DNA of 64,000 nucleotides, taken from IMG/VR virus record IMGVR_UViG_3300024272_000051, positions 1 through 64,000 of that record. One strand, written 5' to 3'. This document shows, one piece after another, positions 45,926 to 55,993 of the stretch (its first letter is position 1; every line of letters starts with the position of its first letter). The position numbers were made by a program, and so were the translations under genes. Below the pieces are notes generated by a model. That model had not been told where the DNA came from, did not search any database, and saw only the letters and a program-made list of their open reading frames with translations. This stretch comes from a virus (Duplodnaviria; Caudoviricetes).

Positions 45926-46561
45926 ATGAAGAAACGTGGATATTACGATGTTGATGTTGAAATTGAAAAGGCTCTTATGGACGGAGCGCTTGTTGGCGAG
46001 CTCCTTTACTATAAAGACCTCAAGCAACGCAAGTTATTCTTAAGCGAAGATGTCTCTCAGTATAGTATTGGAGAAATCGCCAAACACATTCTCCAATATA
46101 ACAGAGAAGATGTTGGGAAGAAAATCAAGGATAGACAGCCAATTATGCTTTACATCGCATCCAACGGTGGTGAAGTTGACGCAGGGTTTGAGTTAATCGA
46201 TGTTATTATAAGCAGCAAAACTCCGGTCTACACAATCAATATGGGATATCAGTATTCTATGGGCTTTCTGATTGGTTTGGCAGGACATAAGAGATACGCG
46301 TTCGCACACTCCAAATTTCTGATGCACGATGGATCAAACTTCATTTATAACTCTGGTGCTAAAGCTCAAGACCAGATGGAGTTCAACCGCCGAGTTGAAG
46401 AACGTATTAAGAAATATGTTCTGTCTATGAGTAAGGTGACCTCTGAAGAATACGATAGTAAGTTGCGTATCGAGTGGTATCTGTTTAGTGATGAAGCAAA
46501 GGAGAAAGGATTTGTCGATTATATCATCGGCGAAGACTGTGACATCGAAGATATTATTTAA
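45926..46561 (+). CDS. ClpP-like protease subunit
   Basis: YIASNGG, YSMG (Ser), MHDG (His), EWYL..DEAKEKGFVD. Confidence 0.85.
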   Translation: MKKRGYYDVDVEIEKALMDGALVGELLYYKDLKQRKLFLSEDVSQYSIGEIAKHILQYNREDVGKKIKDRQPIMLYIASNGGEVDAGFELIDVIISSKTPVYTINMGYQYSMGFLIGLAGHKRYAFAHSKFLMHDGSNFIYNSGAKAQDQMEFNRRVEERIKKYVLSMSKVTSEEYDSKLRIEWYLFSDEAKEKGFVDYIIGEDCDIEDII

Positions 46562-46570
46562 GGAGGCTTT

Positions 46571-47401
46571 ATGGAAAACTATTTGGGATTTCAGACAGTC
46601 GTGATGAACGATGAAACTCTTGCCTCTTTTTATGAAGATATGAATAGTGTCATATTGCCAGAGTGTCTGACTAATGAATACTTACTCGTGGAAAACGACC
46701 ACGGAGAAATCGTCGAATATCTCAAGTTTAACGGAGAAGGCTTTATAAAGGTTCCGTATAAACAAATTGCCAGCAGATATCTTGGAAAGATTAAACCAAG
46801 AAATCCTCAACAGCAATTAGCTATAGATATGCTGTATAGCCAAGATACAACCGTGAAAGTGATTACAGGAAAATTTGGAACGGGCAAAGATCTCTTGATG
46901 ACTTCAGCCGCCATTGATCTTTTGGAAAAAGGAAAGTTTTCAAAAATTGTTTGGGTCAGAAACAATATTGAGGTTAAAAATTCTAAACCTATCGGTCATT
47001 TGCCCGGCGACTATAAGGATAAATTATTGCCATTCGCCATGCCACTCGCAGACCACCTTGGTGGAGTCGACAGCCTTGAATTAATGATGAACCAAGGAAA
47101 AATAGAAATTGTACACCTTGGCTTTATACGAGGCAGAGACATTAAAGACTCCATTATTATATGTTCTGAAGCAGAAAACATGACCAAAGAACACATACAG
47201 CTGTTGCTTGGCAGAGTTGGTGATGGTTCATCTTTGTGGATCAACGGAGACTATAAACAGGTAGACGAAAAGGTGTTCCGAGAAAACAATGGCCTGATTA
47301 CAGCAATAGACAAGCTAAAAGGACACCATCGATTTGGGTTTGTTAAGTTGTTAAAAACAGAACGAAGTGAAACGGCTGCAATGGCCGATTTGCTTGATTA
47401 A
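46571..47401 (+). CDS. phoH: PhoH-family protein
   Basis: GKFGTGKD, IGHLPG, FIRGR, EAEN, RVG, GDYKQVD, RS. Confidence 0.88.
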   Translation: MENYLGFQTVVMNDETLASFYEDMNSVILPECLTNEYLLVENDHGEIVEYLKFNGEGFIKVPYKQIASRYLGKIKPRNPQQQLAIDMLYSQDTTVKVITGKFGTGKDLLMTSAAIDLLEKGKFSKIVWVRNNIEVKNSKPIGHLPGDYKDKLLPFAMPLADHLGGVDSLELMMNQGKIEIVHLGFIRGRDIKDSIIICSEAENMTKEHIQLLLGRVGDGSSLWINGDYKQVDEKVFRENNGLITAIDKLKGHHRFGFVKLLKTERSETAAMADLLD

Positions 47402-47407
47402 GTATAT

Positions 47408-47956
47408 ATGAAAAGACTAACGATTTTAATAGATATGGACGATACTATTGCAGGTCTTGTCGAAGCATGGGTTTCATATCTAAATAGCCATTATGGCACA
47501 AAAGTATCGACACAAGATATCACGGATTGGAACATTAAGGACTTTTTCCCGGATATATCGGTGGACGATGTGTACGGAGCTCTTGAAGATGAGGAATTAT
47601 GGAAAATGGTAAGACCAAAGGACGAGGCAGTTTACTATGTTAAAAAGCTTATCGATGATGGTCACCGAGTTTATATTCTGACCTCTTCTTATTACAAATC
47701 AATCGTCCAGAAAATGGAGCATGTGTTATTCAAATACTTTCCATATATCACTTGGAATGATGTAATAATCGCACACGTTGACGATGGCGTACATAACCAT
47801 GAGGGTGGCAACCATATCGGCATCCTAATGGATGCACCGCACAATAAATGGTTTGATGCAACCGCAAATGGCATTACCAGAATGAAGACGTGGAAAGAGA
47901 TTTATCGCTATATTTGTGATATTTGTGAAGATAGAAATAGAGAGGTGGTTAAATGA
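47408..47956 (+). CDS. 5'(3')-deoxyribonucleotidase (NT5C-like), possibly internally deleted
   Basis: IDMDDT motif I, VDD; segment usually carrying the motif III Lys appears absent. Confidence 0.75.
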   Translation: MKRLTILIDMDDTIAGLVEAWVSYLNSHYGTKVSTQDITDWNIKDFFPDISVDDVYGALEDEELWKMVRPKDEAVYYVKKLIDDGHRVYILTSSYYKSIVQKMEHVLFKYFPYITWNDVIIAHVDDGVHNHEGGNHIGILMDAPHNKWFDATANGITRMKTWKEIYRYICDICEDRNREVVK

Positions 47957-50205
47957 CAGTAAACGAATGGCTCGGAAATGAAAATGAACTTGGACTTAAA
48001 ATATATGACAGCAAGTACAGACACAATGAAGAAGATTTTGAATGCTTTTTGGACAGAGTGAGTGGCGGAGACGAAGAACTTCGTAAGTATGTAAAGCAGA
48101 AAAAGATTTTGCTCGGCGGAAGAACGCTCACAAACAGAGGAACGGATAGCAGTGCGTCATATTTTAACTGTTACTCTCGTGGTTTTGTAGAAGACGACTA
48201 TCGTGACATTATGCAGGCCGCTGTTGATATTGGTTTAACATTCAAGTCACAAGGTGGACAGGGTATTTCACTTAGTAAGTTAAGACCAAAGGGCACACCC
48301 ATCGGAAAAGAGTACTCATCAGATGGTATCATCCCATTTATGAAGATCTACAATGAGGTCACCGCCGGAACAAGTCAGGGCGGCTCTCGAAAGGGTGCAT
48401 TGATGTTGTCTATCGATGCACGACACAAAGAAGCAATCGATTTTATCCATATCAAATCCACGGAGGGTTCTATCGAAAAGGCAAACTTGTCTCTTGAGAT
48501 CGACGATGAGTTTATGCGTGCAGTAGAGAAATACTACCAGACCGGCGAGATTGTTACTTTACATGAAAAGCGCAATTACAGTGGACATGTAGTAGAATAT
48601 GATGTCGTTCCAATCAAAGTGTTTGAAGCACTTGTTCAGAACTCATATGACTGGGCAGACCCCGCATGTCTGTTTGTAGATGAGTTTAGAAACCACAATT
48701 TGATGCAGTACGATCCCAATTATCAGATTGAGACATGTAATCCCTGCGGGGAACAACCTTTGCCCAAGCATGGCGCCTGTTGCCTTGCGTCACTTAACCT
48801 TTCTGAATTCGTCAAAAATCCATACACAGAACAGGCTCATGTCGATGTGTCAGATTTCGTAAATGCTGTGAGAGTTGGCATCGAAACACTTGATAAGCTC
48901 ATTGACGAGAATTACTCAAGACATCCTCTGGAAGAGCAACAGAAGATGTCTTACAACTACCGTAATATCGGACTCGGTATTTTTGGTTATGCTACGGCAC
49001 TTATGAAGCTTGGGATGAAATATGGTTCCAACGAAGCAATTAAGTTCACCGAAGAGATTTTTGGCATGATGTTTAAAGCTGCTGTCATCAAGAGTAATGA
49101 ACTTGCCAAGGAGTATGGGCCGTTCCCAAAGTACAACGATTTGTTGTTCGATGCAGACATCCTTAAAGAGCACTTTACACAAGATGAGTTGGATGCAATG
49201 AAGCCGTATGGGCTAAGAAACTGCTCACTGCTTTCCATTGCGCCTACTGGCAGTATCTCAAATCTTCTGAATGAAAGTGGTGGCTGTGAGCCGGAATTTG
49301 CTCTCAAATATACAAGACGAACTATCGGCATGACCGAGGGGCAGGATACATACTTTGATGTTTACTGTAAGGCTGCAAGGGAATATATGGCTTTCACTGG
49401 AAAGCATGAACTGCCTGACTATTTTGTGAGTTCGAGCGACATTCCGTGGGAAGCTCGTATCGCAACACAGGCTGCCATGCAACGGCATGTTGATACGGCC
49501 ATCTCATCTACAGTCAATCTTCCTGAGAGTGCGACGTGTGAAGACATTGCACAGCTTTATTTGGAGAGTTGGAAGCAAAAGCTAAAAGGTGTTACGATTT
49601 TCAGAAGCGGATGTAAGAGAATGCCAATCCTTTCTACAAAAGCCAACACTTCTACAAAAGAAGAACCGTACCGTGAGCTGAGTAGGGGAGATATTATTGA
49701 ATGCTCCAATGAGCTTGTCGGCAAAAAGAGAAAGCTGACAACGGGCTGTGGCAGCCTTCATGTGATGGCATACTTTGACCCCGTTACAGCAGAATTACAA
49801 GAGTGCTTCCTTGCTAAAGGTTCGACCGGTGGGTGTGCCAACTTTATGACAGGCTTGAGCAGAACTATTTCGCTTCTCGCTCGTGCAGGTGTCAGTGTGT
49901 ACACCATCCAAGACCAGCTGAATAGTACGGGAACCTGTCCCTCATATGCAACACGAAGAGCCGTTTCTCACGATACATCAAAGGGATCTTGTTGCCCGAT
50001 GGCAGTCGGAAATGCTCTTATCGAAATGTATGAGGAGATGTTGGATGAAGTTCTGTATGACGAAAGTGGCGATTGTGAAGAATGTGTATGTCACAACGAT
50101 ACCAGAGAGACAGTCAGTGACAAGTGTCCGCAGTGCGGAGAAAACGTGATTTATGAAGTCGGGTGTATGACTTGTAAATCGTGTGGATGGACAAAGTGTG
50201 AATAA
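47953..50205 (+). CDS. nrdJ: Class II (AdoCbl) ribonucleotide reductase
   Basis: FNCY, NPCGEQ, CCLASLNL, IAPTG, AISSTVN, KGVT; TSCPD-like domain and C-terminal Zn ribbon; no beta subunit nearby. Confidence 0.9.
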   Translation: MTVNEWLGNENELGLKIYDSKYRHNEEDFECFLDRVSGGDEELRKYVKQKKILLGGRTLTNRGTDSSASYFNCYSRGFVEDDYRDIMQAAVDIGLTFKSQGGQGISLSKLRPKGTPIGKEYSSDGIIPFMKIYNEVTAGTSQGGSRKGALMLSIDARHKEAIDFIHIKSTEGSIEKANLSLEIDDEFMRAVEKYYQTGEIVTLHEKRNYSGHVVEYDVVPIKVFEALVQNSYDWADPACLFVDEFRNHNLMQYDPNYQIETCNPCGEQPLPKHGACCLASLNLSEFVKNPYTEQAHVDVSDFVNAVRVGIETLDKLIDENYSRHPLEEQQKMSYNYRNIGLGIFGYATALMKLGMKYGSNEAIKFTEEIFGMMFKAAVIKSNELAKEYGPFPKYNDLLFDADILKEHFTQDELDAMKPYGLRNCSLLSIAPTGSISNLLNESGGCEPEFALKYTRRTIGMTEGQDTYFDVYCKAAREYMAFTGKHELPDYFVSSSDIPWEARIATQAAMQRHVDTAISSTVNLPESATCEDIAQLYLESWKQKLKGVTIFRSGCKRMPILSTKANTSTKEEPYRELSRGDIIECSNELVGKKRKLTTGCGSLHVMAYFDPVTAELQECFLAKGSTGGCANFMTGLSRTISLLARAGVSVYTIQDQLNSTGTCPSYATRRAVSHDTSKGSCCPMAVGNALIEMYEEMLDEVLYDESGDCEECVCHNDTRETVSDKCPQCGENVIYEVGCMTCKSCGWTKCE

Positions 50206-50217
50206 GAGGAGAATAAA

Positions 50218-50838
50218 ATGAATTTATATCAATATATCTCAGTCGGTATTCAACTGATTTTGGTAGTAGTTCTTGTTGCTCTAATGTGGGAAGACCGCAA
50301 CAAGAGAAAGGTTGGAGAATTTGAAAAGGTCAGCTTTAAGCAGTTCTATTCTGCTATGAAAGACGAGTTTTATGAGCATTTAGCCCCAGAGGTAAGCGAA
50401 GTCGAGTATGTTGAACGTGTCAAAGAAATGTATGATGCGATTGAACTTCCTACCAGAGCTACAAAGGGAAGTGCTGGATACGATTTTAAGGCGCCGTTTT
50501 CATTTGAATTGATGCCCAGACACACCATTAAAATCCCGACAGGTATTCGTGTAAAGATTCGTAACGACTGGTGGCTTGGATGTCTTCCGAGAAGCAGCTT
50601 GGGATTTAAGTACAGAGCGCAGCTTGACAATACCATGGGAGTTATTGACTCAGACTATTACTACTCAGACAATGAGGGTCATATCTTTGTTAAGATGACG
50701 AATGACTCTGGAAACAAAAAGTTGATGGTTAATACCGGCGACGGCTTTGTACAGGGTATTTTTATGCCATATGGAACAACACAGTCAGACAAGACTACAG
50801 TTACCAGAAATGGTGGCATTGGTTCTACAGGACGATAA
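50218..50838 (+). CDS. dut: Trimeric dUTPase with hydrophobic N-terminal extension
   Basis: SAGYDF, PRSS, GVIDSDY, QGIF, RNGGIGSTG. Confidence 0.9.
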   Translation: MNLYQYISVGIQLILVVVLVALMWEDRNKRKVGEFEKVSFKQFYSAMKDEFYEHLAPEVSEVEYVERVKEMYDAIELPTRATKGSAGYDFKAPFSFELMPRHTIKIPTGIRVKIRNDWWLGCLPRSSLGFKYRAQLDNTMGVIDSDYYYSDNEGHIFVKMTNDSGNKKLMVNTGDGFVQGIFMPYGTTQSDKTTVTRNGGIGSTGR

Positions 50839-50900
50839 AAGAAAAGCCGCCCCTTTGTGGGGCGGCTACACTGTTGTCTGCGCGAAAATGGAGATGGAAG

Positions 50901-51092
50901 ATGTTAAATGGTTTAGAAGTATATACAGTTAAGGAAATTCAGGAATTATTTAAGTGTGGAAAAAGACAAGCCTATGAACTTATGCGTTCTCCGTCATTTC
51001 CCTCAATCAAAGTTGGAGGAAGATACATAGTCGAAAAAAGTGCCCTGCAGCGCTGGTTTTCGACATATGAAGGATCATATTTCATCATTTGA
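50901..51092 (+). CDS. xis: Excisionase-like HTH protein
   Basis: YTVKEIQELF..AYELM..FPSIKVGGRY; immediately upstream of integrase. Confidence 0.8.
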   Translation: MLNGLEVYTVKEIQELFKCGKRQAYELMRSPSFPSIKVGGRYIVEKSALQRWFSTYEGSYFII

Positions 51093-51106
51093 GGAGGCGT
51101 ATGTTT

Positions 51107-52225
51107 ATGGCAAAGTCTGGAAGTATTTCAAAAAGAGCAGATGGTCGGTGGACAGTAAAATACAAGAACAGGCAAACGACCTGCAAAACAGAAGCTGAAG
51201 CAAAACGGAAGCTTAAAGAAATGAAAGCGGTAAGCATAATACAAGCTGTCCCGGTGGCAAAATTGACTGCTGAAGATGCTATAACGAAGTGGCTAAGTGT
51301 ACAACAAGTTAGGCTGAAACCGAGTAGTTTTGACAGGCTTGAGCAGGTTTGGGAAAACCAAGTAAAGCTGTATTTTGCAAAACAGCAGTTCAGTACAATC
51401 AAAAAAGGCGACATAGATGATATGCTGATTGATCTATGTAATAAGGGATACTCCTATTCGACGGTCAAGAAAGCATTTGAGCTTTTAAGCGGGTGTTTCA
51501 GATATTATCTGGAACGAGAAACAATAACCAGTGATCCAACCACCTTTGTAAAAGTGCCATCTGTTAACAAGAAACCAAAAGGCGAAATCATATTCTATGA
51601 AGAAGACGAGCTACGCAAAATTTATGATGCGTCAACCAGAAAGTATTCCAATGGGGTGCCTGTGTTCAGACAGGGGTGGGCAATTGTTCTGCTCGGCAAT
51701 ACAGGACTACGCCTTGGTGAGCTTTGTGGGTTGACATGGGACAATGTTGACTTTAAGAAAAAACAAATTATAATCAAAGGAAATAGGGTATTGGTAAAGA
51801 ACCGAGATGAGGGTGCAACAACCAGAAACAAGCTTGTTGACCAAAAGGTTACAAAGACACAGAATGGTATGCGCACAGTTCCTCTCAATGAGATGGCCGT
51901 AGAAGCACTCATAGAACTACAAAAGATAAAGAGTAGTAACTATGTGCTTGCATCGAGACACGGCAATCCGACATACCCTAAGGTGTTAGACACGACATTC
52001 CGCAGAGTGTTAAAAGCTGCGGGCATACCAGAAGATAGGATTTATGGTGTGCACTCTCTCAGACATTCGTTTGCGACTACGCTAATACGAAATGGAGTGT
52101 CGCCCAAGACAGTCTCCAAACTATTAGGGCATGGAGACATCAACATTACATTACAGACGTATGTTCATGCACTGCAAAATGACTACTCAGACGCAGTTGC
52201 GATGTTGGACAGAGCTATAAAATAG
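51107..52225 (+). CDS. int: Tyrosine integrase
   Basis: GSISKRADGRW arm domain; TGLRLGE, TKT, HSLRH, LGH, TY. Confidence 0.95.
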   Translation: MAKSGSISKRADGRWTVKYKNRQTTCKTEAEAKRKLKEMKAVSIIQAVPVAKLTAEDAITKWLSVQQVRLKPSSFDRLEQVWENQVKLYFAKQQFSTIKKGDIDDMLIDLCNKGYSYSTVKKAFELLSGCFRYYLERETITSDPTTFVKVPSVNKKPKGEIIFYEEDELRKIYDASTRKYSNGVPVFRQGWAIVLLGNTGLRLGELCGLTWDNVDFKKKQIIIKGNRVLVKNRDEGATTRNKLVDQKVTKTQNGMRTVPLNEMAVEALIELQKIKSSNYVLASRHGNPTYPKVLDTTFRRVLKAAGIPEDRIYGVHSLRHSFATTLIRNGVSPKTVSKLLGHGDINITLQTYVHALQNDYSDAVAMLDRAIK

Positions 52226-52236
52226 CTCAAAAAATT

Positions 52237-52572
52237 GGTGTCAAAATTGGTGTCAAAAATTTTTTCGATGGCTGAAAGCCAGTATTTTCAAGCGTTTGCG
52301 GAGTTTGGCGGATGGGTCTCCAAAACCGTAGGCTCAGGGTTCAAGTCCTTGTGCCCCTGCCAAACAAAGAAATCGGTAGATGCTTGGAAAGTTCAAGTTT
52401 CTTTCGGTTTCTTTGTTTTTTGCTACCATTTTGCTTCTGAATGTTTCGGATATCAAGAGTGGGATTTTGCTTTGCATTCCGCATAGATTAGCTGCACTCG
52501 CTCGAAATTGTCCTATTTTATCCTTTTGTATCCCTTTTTATCCTCCGAAAAAGGTGTCAAAAAGGTGTCAAA
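52237..52572 (+). mobile_element. attP: core = 3' half of tRNA-Trp (52315-52362) flanked by integrase arm repeats
   Basis: GGT-CTCCAAA-ACCGT..GGTTCAAGTCC..TGCCCCTGCCA with no 5' half; GGTGTCAAA twice on each side (52237, 52249, 52553, 52564). Confidence 0.88.
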
Positions 52573-52705
52573 CTATTCGGAGTATTCTAAACTATTCCAT
52601 TATCTTTTCTTCGTCTCAGCTATCATGTTGGGGCGAAATACATACTATATGTTCCTTTAAAAGATCGCTAATTTCGATTAACTATGTTTTAAGAGAATAT
52701 TGTTT

Positions 52706-52750
52706 AAGGGCAGGGTAGAACTAAGCTTCTATCTTGCCCTTTATTTTTTT
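52706..52750. terminator. Terminator between converging gene blocks
   Basis: AAGGGCAGGGTAGAA/TTCTATCTTGCCCTT plus T-run. Confidence 0.7.
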
Positions 52751-52849
52751 GCCGATTATGGCGCAAAAAAATGAGAGCCAACTCCGATATGGAGAAAGCT
52801 CTCATAAATACTTAGATATTTACACCCACAAATATCTGAATTTCAGTTA

Positions 52850-53473
52850 TCATTCGTATCCTCGGACATCCTCCAGGAACGTATGATTTTTCATGTGATT
52901 TTCATAGGACTCAGTTATGATCCTATAAACAATATCAATCTCACCGTTTGTAAGTCCACGCTCTTCAAGGAAGACCTCGTATCTGTCGTAAACCTTAAAA
53001 ATACGATTAAACTCTTCTCTCGAAACAACTGCGTTTTCGTTACTAACTCTATTGGCAAAATCAATAATTCTATCTCTGCTGCTCTGAACAAACATTTCTT
53101 CTGTCATTTTAGTGTTGTCTCTCAGAGCCTCTGTTACATCGGCTAAATTTTTGCTGATTTCTACGATAGAATCATCATAGGTATCAGCCCTGTCATTTAC
53201 CCATTGCATCCACTTATCGCGTTTGGAGATATTGTCAGCTGAGTAATGGCTGTTTACATCGCTCAACAGCTGTCTCACTTCTTTTAGTGTTTGTGCTGCC
53301 TCTTCTTTTTCTCTTTTCTTTCTGGTAAATACTTTTCTGATCTTAAGGAACTCTGGTACTACTTTGCCCTTGAATTCCAAAATTTCTCCAATGCCTTGCA
53401 TACCAAAAAAGACGACTGCTACTCCAATTGCGATTTTAGTTGGTACATTTAAATAATTAAGATAGTTCAGCAT
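52850..53473 (-). CDS. Membrane-anchored lysis-module protein
   Basis: N-terminal TM, coiled coil, RDRIIDFA..Y..NG. Confidence 0.7.
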   Translation of the reverse strand: MLNYLNYLNVPTKIAIGVAVVFFGMQGIGEILEFKGKVVPEFLKIRKVFTRKKREKEEAAQTLKEVRQLLSDVNSHYSADNISKRDKWMQWVNDRADTYDDSIVEISKNLADVTEALRDNTKMTEEMFVQSSRDRIIDFANRVSNENAVVSREEFNRIFKVYDRYEVFLEERGLTNGEIDIVYRIITESYENHMKNHTFLEDVRGYE

Positions 53474-53783
53474 CTTGGGCTACCTCTGTTTCTGCGTCGG
53501 CCTCGACAAGGACGCCCTCTTCGACTTCAAACATATCAGAGATATACTCGATAATACCCTGCAATGCTGTGCCAATGGTGGATGCGCTGGCTGCGTCGAT
53601 CTTACCTTCGGTAACAATATATGTAATTGCAGAAATAAGAGCGGTAACGCAACCGGCAATAGCTTGAACATCACTTTCAGCTCCATTTCCACCAACTGCT
53701 AAAATAACGCCAAGAACAATGCCTGCGATGGCGCACCATAACTTCGTGGACTTCAGCTTTTGCCAAAATGTACGTGTTTGCAT
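53457..53783 (-). CDS. Holin-like protein
   Basis: KLKSTKLW, two TM segments, YIVTEG.ID. Confidence 0.7.
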   Translation of the reverse strand: MQTRTFWQKLKSTKLWCAIAGIVLGVILAVGGNGAESDVQAIAGCVTALISAITYIVTEGKIDAASASTIGTALQGIIEYISDMFEVEEGVLVEADAETEVAQDAELS

Positions 53784-53829
53784 ATTAGTTCCTCCCATGG
53801 ATCGCCCTCCGCCGAAGCGGAGGGATCTG

Positions 53830-54207
53830 TTATATTGATGGACTGTCTTTTGAAATAGATTGCTTTAAGAACCCTTTGGCTTGAGCAGAAGCAAAAGTAA
53901 TACCATCACCATTGCCACCCACATTTTCTGCCCTATTCTTATCGACCACACGGCTTATAGCAATGCTTACTGCTGTACCTATCGGAGTAAAGACAACTGT
54001 CCAGCACATAAGAGCGCCGGTATACCCAGTGGAAATACTCTTCAGGGCAAGATAAAAGCCGCCGACCAAACCGGCAGCAAGAAAGAGTAGTATGTAGAGG
54101 GCGAGTCGATTAGTAAAACCAAGCTTAGCAAAATGAGCCAATAGGGGACAGCCCTTCTTCTGCTTCTCTTTTTTGGGCTTTGTGTTTTTGCTAATCAAGA
54201 CTATCAC
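53830..54207 (-). CDS. Membrane protein in lysis cassette
   Basis: Two TM segments. Confidence 0.65.
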   Translation of the reverse strand: MIVLISKNTKPKKEKQKKGCPLLAHFAKLGFTNRLALYILLFLAAGLVGGFYLALKSISTGYTGALMCWTVVFTPIGTAVSIAISRVVDKNRAENVGGNGDGITFASAQAKGFLKQSISKDSPSI

Positions 54208-55007
54208 ACCTTACCCATCATCTTTGCAAATCTGTATAGGATGGTAGCCATCTGCTCTCTTGTGAGAACGTCTTCCCACATATAGTTGGGTTCACCGGTA
54301 GCAGTTACATTACCGCCAGTGATCAAACCAGAGTTAATAGCCCAGTCACGAGCTTCCTTGCTCCACTGTGCGGAATCATTATCCTGCAGACCTTCGCGCA
54401 TCTGCAGCCACAGTTCTCTAAATCTTTCAACGTTCATATCATCATCCTCCTCGAACTCCATGCCCTCGACCAAGGAATAGTCGGGGCGACCATATCTGCC
54501 ATAACTAATTGGATAAGACTTGGGCGCAACACCACCGCCATTAGCGACTACGCCAGATGCTGCAGATGTATTGCCCTCGATTGTATAGACTCGTCCATCG
54601 CGTACATCAATAACAAGACCAGTGTGGTAAGATGTAGCCCATCCATCGTTGCTGAAGAAAATTTGGTCTCCGGGCTTAGGCTCGGTCTTCAGCTGACCCT
54701 TTGCTTTGTAGTACTTCATAGAGAACTCACAGCCGGCACCAAGACCGCCCATGGGTTGACACAGAAGCTTCATGCCCATTTCAAGACCAAAAGCCTTGAT
54801 AAAGCACCAGTCAACAAAGACATCACACCAGTGATATCCATTCTTGTTACCGTTGTAAACTCCGAGCTGAGCAAGATCTCTGGCATACTTAGTCCAGTTG
54901 TTATAACCGGCATTGCCTGTGTGACTGTCGAGATTAGAGTTAGTTGCCTTTTCAAGATACCCAATCTCATTCTTTGCCACTTGAATTACTTTTTCAATTG
55001 CTGTCAA
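54204..55007 (-). CDS. Endolysin, CHAP domain plus SLH-like domain
   Basis: WCDVFVDW, PGDQIFF, HTGLV, TIEGNT; W..EA..WA..GLI..TREQMATILYR. Confidence 0.88.
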   Translation of the reverse strand: MTAIEKVIQVAKNEIGYLEKATNSNLDSHTGNAGYNNWTKYARDLAQLGVYNGNKNGYHWCDVFVDWCFIKAFGLEMGMKLLCQPMGGLGAGCEFSMKYYKAKGQLKTEPKPGDQIFFSNDGWATSYHTGLVIDVRDGRVYTIEGNTSAASGVVANGGGVAPKSYPISYGRYGRPDYSLVEGMEFEEDDDMNVERFRELWLQMREGLQDNDSAQWSKEARDWAINSGLITGGNVTATGEPNYMWEDVLTREQMATILYRFAKMMGKV

Positions 55008-55219
55008 GAATATTCCTCCTTCCAAGCCAATCGATTTTTTAGAATGATTCCTAGAGCCATCAGATTCGTTTCTGGTGGCTTATTTTTTTACATAGAAAAA
55101 GACACGCCCACATAACCTATCTCAGAAACTGATTCATCTGAGCAGGTGAGAGCATGTCTGTGCGGATATAACAATACCGGGCCCGATTGAGCCCGGTTAT
55201 GTATGAAATATTGGTTTTA

Positions 55220-55993
55220 TCAGCGAAATGTAACCGTGATTTGTGAAGGGTCATAGTCCTCCGGAACACTTCCACTAAACAACAGATTAATAAAAATGTA
55301 CTTTCCACCAATTTCTGATATTGAAAAGCTGCCAGAGGTACCGCCGCCAAATCCAATCCTGCTCCAAGTTTGAGAATCTGCATCATAGCTTACAACAAAA
55401 TAACCATAGTTCGTTACAGCTAGTCCATGTCCCATGGTGTCAGATACACCTATATTCATATTAGTAGCATTATCGGGGATTTGTATGGGGTAATAGCCAC
55501 TAATACTTAGGTTGTCTACATTCTTTGTAGAGGACGCAAATAAATATTTGTCATTTAGTGCAAAGCCAGCATAAACATCTACGGTAGTTATATGGTGTCC
55601 TACCCACAAATCAAAGTTCTCAACACGAACACGATTCACATTTATAGTAACGTCTTCTGTAATATTTTCAACTGTCACTAAATTGTCTGAATATGAAGAT
55701 TGTGTAATATTATTTTCACCCATTGTTATATGTACATCAGACGAATTACATATAAAACCTACTGGCGGAGATAAAGTAGCGCTATAGTTATGTACTAAAG
55801 ATACATTATTTAGATTACTATTTATATGTGTGCCCCCAGGACATTTTTCAATGTGATACCCGGCGATTAATGTATCTACCGCATCGGTCAAATTAATATT
55901 ACTTACGCCTGTTTTTTCATTTGCACTATCTAAGAGAGTGCGAAATTGGTTTTTTACTGATTGTGCTGTAATCACAATAATCACCTCACTCAC
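55220..55993 (-). CDS. Virion accessory protein with Ig-like repeat
   Basis: Shared N-terminal motif and ITMG.NIT..Y repeat. Confidence 0.6.
   Translation of the reverse strand: MSEVIIVITAQSVKNQFRTLLDSANEKTGVSNINLTDAVDTLIAGYHIEKCPGGTHINSNLNNVSLVHNYSATLSPPVGFICNSSDVHITMGENNITQSSYSDNLVTVENITEDVTINVNRVRVENFDLWVGHHITTVDVYAGFALNDKYLFASSTKNVDNLSISGYYPIQIPDNATNMNIGVSDTMGHGLAVTNYGYFVVSYDADSQTWSRIGFGGGTSGSFSISEIGGKYIFINLLFSGSVPEDYDPSQITVTFR

Noticed and set aside
39779-50205. Inteins or introns in dnaE or nrdJ
   Set aside because: Frames are continuous, lengths are ordinary and no splice motifs were seen.
52290-52362. Complete tRNA-Trp gene
   Set aside because: The 5' acceptor strand and D arm are missing; interpreted as the attP core.
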